A stretch of 64,000 bases of DNA. It comes from Elusimicrobiota bacterium (GTDB lineage: Bacteria; Elusimicrobiota; Elusimicrobia; UBA1565; UBA9628). The translations under genes and the position numbers were made by a program. Location of the stretch: contig DAHVNA010000001.1 in NCBI GenBank assembly GCA_027319565.1, positions 43,526 through 107,525 of the forward strand. Direction: 5' to 3'. The notes beneath the pieces were generated by a model. The model was given only the letters and a program-made list of their open reading frames with translations, was not told the DNA's origin and did not search any database. Positions 57,887 through 64,000 of the stretch are shown piece by piece. Every line of letters begins with the position of its first letter. Within the stretch, counting starts at the first letter, position 1.

Positions 57887-59425
57887 CATTAAAGGAATCA
57901 ACAAGGTGACCGTCGTTCCTATCCCAATCTGGCTTTGAATCTTGATATTCCCGCCGTGATTTTGGGCCACTCTTTTGACATAGGGAAGCCCAAGCCCGAG
58001 CCCCTCGACTTGCCCGGTAAAATAAGCCTCGATTTGGTGAAAACGGTCAAAAACCTTGTCGAGGTCTTCCGGAGGAATTCCGGGGCCGGAATCGGCGACC
58101 GAAAAAAGAGCTTGAGAGGAATCTTCTTTTAATTCAACGGCGATTGATTTTGCTTGAGGCGCGGAAAATTTTACGGCGTTTTCAATGAGGTTGACCATCG
58201 CATTTTTGATTTGAGAAGAATTGGCCAAAACCGAGGGAGAGGCGGTTTTTTGAATGGAGACAGAAAAGTGATTTGTTTTGATCAGGGGTTCTGTTTCTTT
58301 CAAAGCTTCATCCAAGACTTTTTCGAGAAGAGTCGGTTCAAACTGGACCGTGTCTTCCGGGCTTTCCAGCGAGACATAGCGCAGAAGTTTGTCGATGAGA
58401 TTGGCTAATTTTCGTCCTTGTTGCCGGAGTGAATCGAGAAGCGAGGCGGTCGCGGGCCGGGCGTTTTCTTTGAGCTCTTCCGTCAAAAGATCGGTAAATC
58501 CCAGGATCGAAGACAGGGGGGTTCTGAGTTTGTGAGAGATAAAGGAAAGAAATGTTCTTTTGATGGATTCTTGACGCCTTAGTTCGGTCTCATCTCGAAA
58601 TACGTAGAGAAAGACCGGCTTTTCTTTGGCGTCAGAGTTTTTATTTTTAATGGGGGTTGCCAGTCCGCCTAGAATGAGGGGCTTGATTTCTTTTCTTTCG
58701 GCGGTGAAGTGGACCGGCCCGGTCTCTAGGCGCCTTGAAATTTCAGGCCAGGATGGAAACAATGTCCATTGGCTAAAGAGTTCGTTTAAATCGGAGCGTC
58801 CGCCCAAAAATTTCTTGGCGGCGCGGTTGGCAATCAAAATGCGGCTTTTCTCATCGGTTAGAATCGCTCCATCGGACATCTCGACAAAGACGATATCCAA
58901 TTTTTGGCGTTCGTCTTCAAGCGAGGCGAAAAGCCGGGCGTTTTCAAGGGCGACGGCGGCTTGAGCGGCGAGGGCTTCCAGAAGTTCGGCGTCATTGGAA
59001 GTAAAGGCTCCGGTTTTTTTGTTAATCGCTTCAATAACCCCCAGAATACGCTCTTGACGCATCATTGGAACGGCTAGAATGGAACGGGTAGAAAATCCGG
59101 AGAGGTGGTCCATTTTGGGAGACCAGCGGGAATCTAAATGGACATCGGTAATGAGAAGCGGTTTTTTGTCGGCGGCGACCGCGCCCGCGATTCCCTGTCC
59201 TATTTTAAGCCTTATTTTTTTCGCTTCTTCTCCCAGGCCCAAGCCGATGTCAAAATAGAGCTCTTGGGTTTCGGAATCAAGCAAAAGTAAAGACGCGCTC
59301 TCGGCGTTAGCCACTTCCGCGGAAAGTTTGGTGATTGCGCGCAAAAGATTGCCGATATCTAAATTGGAAGCGAGAAGCCGTCCCGCTTCCAGGACTTTTT
59401 TCCAAGACTCTTTATCTTCCATCAA
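57866..59425 (-). CDS. GAF-PAS sensor histidine kinase
   Basis: GQGIAG...SILAVPM GAF, PAS, SHKLRTPL, NAVKF, DSGPG, GLGLGL. Confidence 0.92.
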   Translation of the reverse strand: MMEDKESWKKVLEAGRLLASNLDIGNLLRAITKLSAEVANAESASLLLLDSETQELYFDIGLGLGEEAKKIRLKIGQGIAGAVAADKKPLLITDVHLDSRWSPKMDHLSGFSTRSILAVPMMRQERILGVIEAINKKTGAFTSNDAELLEALAAQAAVALENARLFASLEDERQKLDIVFVEMSDGAILTDEKSRILIANRAAKKFLGGRSDLNELFSQWTLFPSWPEISRRLETGPVHFTAERKEIKPLILGGLATPIKNKNSDAKEKPVFLYVFRDETELRRQESIKRTFLSFISHKLRTPLSSILGFTDLLTEELKENARPATASLLDSLRQQGRKLANLIDKLLRYVSLESPEDTVQFEPTLLEKVLDEALKETEPLIKTNHFSVSIQKTASPSVLANSSQIKNAMVNLIENAVKFSAPQAKSIAVELKEDSSQALFSVADSGPGIPPEDLDKVFDRFHQIEAYFTGQVEGLGLGLPYVKRVAQNHGGNIKIQSQIGIGTTVTLLIPLMKRKGAS

Positions 59426-59477
59426 AGGCTATTATGATACTTTCCAAAGACTTAGTAAAATGAAAAAGGCTTAAGAC

Positions 59478-60686
59478 ATGGAAAAAACAAATCGGTTTTT
59501 GCTTTGGGTCTTTTTAGTGGGGATTAGTTCCGCCGTCTGCGGCGCGGCCTATCTCGCCGTTCTCAAAAAACTTTTTTCGTGGATTGGCCCGGACGCCTGG
59601 GCCTCTAGTCGGATCGTCCATGGCCTTCTTTTGATTGGGGCCGGAATCGCGATTGCGTCTTTGGAGCGCTGGGCGGGGCCTTCCGGAAACGTCGAGATGC
59701 TGGTCGACAATATCCATGAGATGGGAGGAAACCGGGACCGAAAAAATCTTTTGTCTCTGATCCCATCCTCTTTGATTTCAATCGCGGTGGGGGGCGCGAT
59801 GGGGCCGGAGGCGCCCTTGGTTCAAACGACCGGTTCCTTGGGAAGCTGGTTCGCGGACATGAAAGGCCTGAGCGTCTCCGAAAAAAGGACGTTAACGATC
59901 ACCGGCATGGCCGCCGGCTTTACCGTTTTATTTGGCGTCCCTTTGGGAGCGAGCCTTTTCGCTCTTGAGATTTTGCATCGCCGCGGCATGGAGTATTACG
60001 AGTCTCTTCTCCCCGCGATTTGGGGATCTTTGTGCGGGTACTGCGCCTATGCCGCGCTGACAAGATTGGATTTAAGCCCTGTCTGGTCTTTTTCGTATCC
60101 CATTGACGCGCTTCATTTGCGCGATTTGGTTTTTTCCGTCTTGTGCGGAATTCTCGCCGCCTTGGCGGCTGTGGCCTTTATCTTTTCCAACCGCGTTTTA
60201 AGCCGATTTTTCAAAGCCCTGCCTCTGTTTGTCCGAGGAGCTTTAGGCGGACTGATTCTCGCCCTTTTGGCTTTTTTATCTCCTTACGCGTTGACCTTTG
60301 GAGAATATCAAATGAACGGCCTGGCCGTCGCCGCGCCGGCGGCGTCTTTTTTCGTTCTCGCTTTCGCCGCTAAATTCATGGGGACATCGACGACATTTTC
60401 CGCGGGCTGGAAGGGGGGCTTTATCATTCCGCTTTTTTTTATGGGCGCGGCGTTGGGGAGATTATTGCATCTGGGTTTTCCAGCGACCCAGGAGGTTCTG
60501 CTGGTCGCGTCCTTGATGGCGGCCTTAAACGCCGCGGTGACCAAGACGCCCTTGGGATCGGTCTTGGTGGTCACCGAAATGACGGGGATCCGGATTTTCC
60601 CTACGACCGTTCTCTCGGTCATGCTGGCGATGCTTTTAACGAGCCGTATAGGGCTTATTGAAAGTCAGCGCCCGCGAGAAAATTAG
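59478..60686 (+). CDS. ClC-family chloride channel/transporter
   Basis: GPEAP, GMAAGF...FGVPLG..LFALE, GGFIIP. Confidence 0.85.
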   Translation: MEKTNRFLLWVFLVGISSAVCGAAYLAVLKKLFSWIGPDAWASSRIVHGLLLIGAGIAIASLERWAGPSGNVEMLVDNIHEMGGNRDRKNLLSLIPSSLISIAVGGAMGPEAPLVQTTGSLGSWFADMKGLSVSEKRTLTITGMAAGFTVLFGVPLGASLFALEILHRRGMEYYESLLPAIWGSLCGYCAYAALTRLDLSPVWSFSYPIDALHLRDLVFSVLCGILAALAAVAFIFSNRVLSRFFKALPLFVRGALGGLILALLAFLSPYALTFGEYQMNGLAVAAPAASFFVLAFAAKFMGTSTTFSAGWKGGFIIPLFFMGAALGRLLHLGFPATQEVLLVASLMAALNAAVTKTPLGSVLVVTEMTGIRIFPTTVLSVMLAMLLTSRIGLIESQRPREN

Positions 60687-60692
60687 GTGGTT

Positions 60693-61283
60693 TTATAGCA
60701 CGCTTTCGATTTTTTGGATGAGTTCCTTGGACAAAGGTTCTACTTGTGGGCCGAAGCGATCGGCGACATTCCCTTTGCGGTCCACCAAAAATTTCGTGAA
60801 ATTCCAGGGGATCTCGCCGTTGTGTCCGGATTCCGTGGTTAAAAATTCATACAAGGGGTGAATTCCTTCGCCCTTGACCTTAATTTTGGCGAACAAATCG
60901 AAGCTGACGGAATATTTGGTTCGGCAGAAATGGGCGATTTCTTGATTGCTTCCGGGTTCTTGTTGCCCAAACTCATTGGCGGGGAAAGCTAAAATTTTAA
61001 ATCCCCGGTTTGAGAATTGTCGGTAGAGTTTTTCAAGGCCTTCATATTGTGGAGTGTATCCACAGAGGGAAGCGACATTGACGATCAAAAGCGCTTTTCC
61101 CTCATAGTCGGACAAGGATTTTTTTTGCCCGTCAATCGTGTCAACAGTAAAATGATAAATTTTTCCCGCTTCCGCCGTTTTTTCGCCCATAAGTTTTCCC
61201 CTGATTTTTCTGATTTTCTCTTTTGTTCCAAAAACGAGATTGCCGATTATAAGAGCGGCGCGCGTTCCGGCATTATTTTCCAT
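60693..61283 (-). CDS. Glutathione peroxidase family, Cys type (start may be 61190)
   Basis: VNVASLCGYTPQY, FPANEFGQQEPG, WNFTKFLV. Confidence 0.92.
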   Translation of the reverse strand: MENNAGTRAALIIGNLVFGTKEKIRKIRGKLMGEKTAEAGKIYHFTVDTIDGQKKSLSDYEGKALLIVNVASLCGYTPQYEGLEKLYRQFSNRGFKILAFPANEFGQQEPGSNQEIAHFCRTKYSVSFDLFAKIKVKGEGIHPLYEFLTTESGHNGEIPWNFTKFLVDRKGNVADRFGPQVEPLSKELIQKIESVL

Positions 61284-61352
61284 ATCTCAACCGCGTCAAC
61301 TAGAGACGAACGCCTCTATTTTATATAATGAGAGAGTCCTTTGGATAATTTC

Positions 61353-61426
61353 GCGGGCGTGGTTCAATGGTAGAACGGGTCCTTGCCAAGGATCAGACGA
61401 GGGTTCGATTCCCTTCGCCCGCTCCA
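61353..61426 (+). tRNA. tRNA-Gly(GCC)
   Basis: GCGGGCG acceptor stem, anticodon loop TTGCCAA, GGTTCGATTCC T-arm, encoded CCA. Confidence 0.95.
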
Positions 61427-61540
61427 GATTTTAAGTTCCGTAATTTCCTATCTTAAGAAAGATTGCCGTGCATCAACTGCGTCACTCGATGCCTTCAAGC
61501 GGGATCCAGGTTCCTGACGCACGGGGTTTGGCGGTCTAAT

Positions 61541-61852
61541 CTAGGTGCGCTCAACCTCGATTCCGAATTCGCCGTCTTCCTCATGGACGTGAAGCGTCAG
61601 CGCCCGGCAACAGACTTGACAGTCCTCGTAGAGAACTTGCCCCGCGTCGTCTGAGGAAACCTTAATTTCAAAACTTTCATCGCAATAGGGACATTCAACC
61701 AGAACATCTTGTTCCAAGACCTCGTCCCCGGATTGAGTGGATATTTCTTCAAGGACCGATTCGAGAACCTGTCCATTAGGGGGAAAGGCCTCCGGCTTGG
61801 ATTTTTGTTTTTCTTTTTTCGCGCGGCTTGCGGTTTTAGTTTTGCTTTTCAT
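61541..61852 (-). CDS. CPXCG-motif cysteine-rich zinc-ribbon protein
   Basis: CPYCDE...YEDCQVCCR; basic N-terminus; GAGG RBS. Confidence 0.75.
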   Translation of the reverse strand: MKSKTKTASRAKKEKQKSKPEAFPPNGQVLESVLEEISTQSGDEVLEQDVLVECPYCDESFEIKVSSDDAGQVLYEDCQVCCRALTLHVHEEDGEFGIEVERT

Positions 61853-61967
61853 CTCGTCACCTCTTTTTCGCCTCTTTTGAAATATAATGCAGGAACTGAT
61901 TTCGCGCAAGACCCAGAAAGGACCTAGTCTCAATAAAATGGTAATATCGAAAAATAAGGAGAAAATC

Positions 61968-64000
61968 ATGGCCCCGATATCGAAAGACAGTTTTAAAGCG
62001 GCTTCAATTCTAAAGGTAGGCGGCAAAAAATATCGCTACTATTCCTTGGAGGCTTTGTCGGAAAAAGGCTTTGACTTGTCTAGCCTGCCTTTTTCGCTTA
62101 AAATTTTCCTTGAGAATCTTTTGCGTCGGGAAGATGGGCAAAGCGTCACGGCTTTGGATATCGAAGCCTTGGCGGGATGGAAGAAAAAATCTCCGGTCGG
62201 GCGCGAGGCCTTTTTCATGCCGGCCCGCGTTTTGATGCAGGATTTTACCGGAGTTCCCGCGATTGTCGATCTGGCCGCGATGCGGGACGCCGTTAAATCC
62301 CGCGGCGGAGATCCGCGCGCGATCAACCCCTTGATTCCGGTTGATTTGGTCATCGATCATTCCGTCCAGGTCGATTTTTTTGGAACCAAAGACGCGCTTT
62401 TAAAAAATTCCGAGATGGAGTTTAATCGCAATCAAGAGCGTTATTCTTTCTTAAAGTGGGGGCAAAAAGCATTCCGGGATTTTCGCGTCGTTCCGCCGGA
62501 GACCGGAATATGCCATCAGGTCAATCTTGAGTATTTGGCGAAAGTCGTTTGGACAGGTAAAACGGAAGGCGGAGAAACTCTCGCCTATCCCGATTCCTTG
62601 ATCGGCACCGATTCTCACACGACGATGATTAACGGGCTTGGCGTTTTGGGTTGGGGAGTGGGCGGAATAGAGGCTGAAGCCGCGATGCTGGGACAATCCT
62701 TGTCCATGCTGATTCCGGAAGTGATCGGCTTTAAACTCACGGGGCGGCTTTCTGCCGGGGCCACCGCCACCGACGCGGTTTTGACCGCGACCGAGATGCT
62801 GCGTAAAAAAGGAGTGGTCGGAAAATTCGTCGAGTTTTACGGGCCGGGCCTGTCGAATCTTTCCGTCGCCGATCGCGCGACCTTGGCCAATATGGCTCCG
62901 GAATACGGCGCGACCGTGGGCTTTTTCCCGGTTGATGATCAGACCCTCAAATATCTCCATTTGACCGGGAGAACAGATGAGGAAATCGCCTTGATTGAAG
63001 CCTATTGCCGCAAGCAAGGGATGTTTAGAACCGACGAAAGCCCCGAGCCCCATTTCTCAAGCGTTCTTTCCTTGGATTTGGGAACGGTCGAGGCCTGCTT
63101 GGCCGGCCCCAAAAGGCCGCAGGACCGGGTTTTATTGTCCGAGGTCAAAAAATCATGGAACGCGGCCCTGTCTTCCCTTATAAAGGAAAAAGACAAGAAG
63201 GGAAATCTCCCGGCGCCGCTGGGAACGGAAGTTGAAATTAGTCTTGATGGGCGTCCCGCCAAGATCGCCCACGGAACGGTTTCCATCGCGGCCATTACCT
63301 CTTGCACGAATACCTCAAACCCTGCGGTTCTGATCGCCGCCGGGCTTCTCGCCCAAAAAGCCGTTCAAAAAGGGCTTAAGACCAAGCCCTGGGTTAAAAC
63401 CAGCCTCGCCCCGGGCTCAAAAGCGGTCGCGGAATATTTGCGCGCTTCCGGGCTTTCAAAATATTTGGATGAACTCGGATTTCAATTGGTGGGATATGGC
63501 TGCACGACCTGCATTGGAAATTCCGGCCCCTTGCCCGATGCGGTGGCAAAGGCGGTGTCGGAGAAAAATTTAATCGTCGCCGCGGTTTTATCCGGAAACC
63601 GCAATTTCGAAGGACGCGTCAACGCCTTGGTCAAGGCCAATTATTTGGCTTCTCCGCCCTTGGTCGTGGCCTATGCCCTGGCGGGAAGTATTGACATCAA
63701 TTTAAGAGCCGAGCCCCTGGGCCAGGATAAAAACGGGGCTCCGGTTTATCTCAAGGATATTTGGCCGACCCATGAGGAAATCACGGCCTTGTCCGAGGAA
63801 CATGTCAAAAGAGAGCTTTTCACGAAAGCCTATGCCGATGTTTTTTCCGGAGGGAAAAACTGGCGGGCGATTTCCGTTCCTCAAAGCGAGCTTTACGATT
63901 GGCAGGAAAACTCAACCTATATCCGCCGCGCCCCTTATTTCGAGCAGTCCAAAACGGTTCAGGCCGATATCGCCGGCGCGCGCGTCTTGGCGGTTTTTGG
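61968..64000 (+). CDS. acnA: Aconitate hydratase A (runs off the window edge)
   Basis: Translated by hand: LPFSLKIFLENLLRRED, RVLMQDFTGVP, DHSVQVD, GTDSHT, AAITSCTNTSNP, GYGCTTCIGNSG; AAGGAG RBS. Confidence 0.96.
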   Translation, partial: MAPISKDSFKAASILKVGGKKYRYYSLEALSEKGFDLSSLPFSLKIFLENLLRREDGQSVTALDIEALAGWKKKSPVGREAFFMPARVLMQDFTGVPAIVDLAAMRDAVKSRGGDPRAINPLIPVDLVIDHSVQVDFFGTKDALLKNSEMEFNRNQERYSFLKWGQKAFRDFRVVPPETGICHQVNLEYLAKVVWTGKTEGGETLAYPDSLIGTDSHTTMINGLGVLGWGVGGIEAEAAMLGQSLSMLIPEVIGFKLTGRLSAGATATDAVLTATEMLRKKGVVGKFVEFYGPGLSNLSVADRATLANMAPEYGATVGFFPVDDQTLKYLHLTGRTDEEIALIEAYCRKQGMFRTDESPEPHFSSVLSLDLGTVEACLAGPKRPQDRVLLSEVKKSWNAALSSLIKEKDKKGNLPAPLGTEVEISLDGRPAKIAHGTVSIAAITSCTNTSNPAVLIAAGLLAQKAVQKGLKTKPWVKTSLAPGSKAVAEYLRASGLSKYLDELGFQLVGYGCTTCIGNSGPLPDAVAKAVSEKNLIVAAVLSGNRNFEGRVNALVKANYLASPPLVVAYALAGSIDINLRAEPLGQDKNGAPVYLKDIWPTHEEITALSEEHVKRELFTKAYADVFSGGKNWRAISVPQSELYDWQENSTYIRRAPYFEQSKTVQADIAGARVLAVF

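Noticed and set aside
60693..61283. Selenocysteine glutathione peroxidase
   Set aside because: The active-site codon is Cys (TGT); no in-frame TGA.
61353..61540. Island integrated at tRNA-Gly; 6S or SRP RNA downstream
   Set aside because: No duplicated tRNA 3' end seen and flanks are housekeeping. The element is too short for 6S and lacks the SRP helix-8 motif.
62010..63884. Minus-strand ORFs at the right end and other short antisense ORFs across the window
   Set aside because: Shadow frames of acnA and other well-supported genes.
1..64000. CRISPR array, prophage, integrase or transposase genes, rRNA
   Set aside because: No regularly spaced repeats and no recognisable phage, recombinase, transposase or rRNA sequence seen.

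Overview
Bacterial chromosome segment. Gene content and protein style suggest an Elusimicrobiota-like lineage (inference only). Left to right: secreted hypotheticals, typA and a tandem-MscS protein; an hpf-hprK-rapZ-ptsH-ptsI-lepA-lepB operon; vapBC and a TauE-family permease; a complete kdpFABC-kdpDE locus; an Rv0081-like ArsR regulator and GTP-PEPCK; a ~4.4-kb integrase-less defence island (C5 methylase, putative restriction endonuclease, Vsr, DUF262, HEPN) inserted in the 3' end of a DUF167 gene, which is duplicated in recoded form; an Ehr (hydrogenase-like, NiFe-ligand-less) operon headed by an HTH-EIIA fusion; a 15.8-kb operon joining pilMNOPQ to a surface glycosylation pathway; 2-oxoacid dehydrogenase E1 alpha/beta; signalling and housekeeping genes; tRNA-Gly; and the 5' part of acnA. 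Non-coding observations: a shared ArsR-type operator at pckG and ehr, a positionally conserved activator-like palindrome before two leaderless secreted-protein genes, nested REP-like repeats, and a candidate sRNA. All assignments are from motif reading, without database searches.
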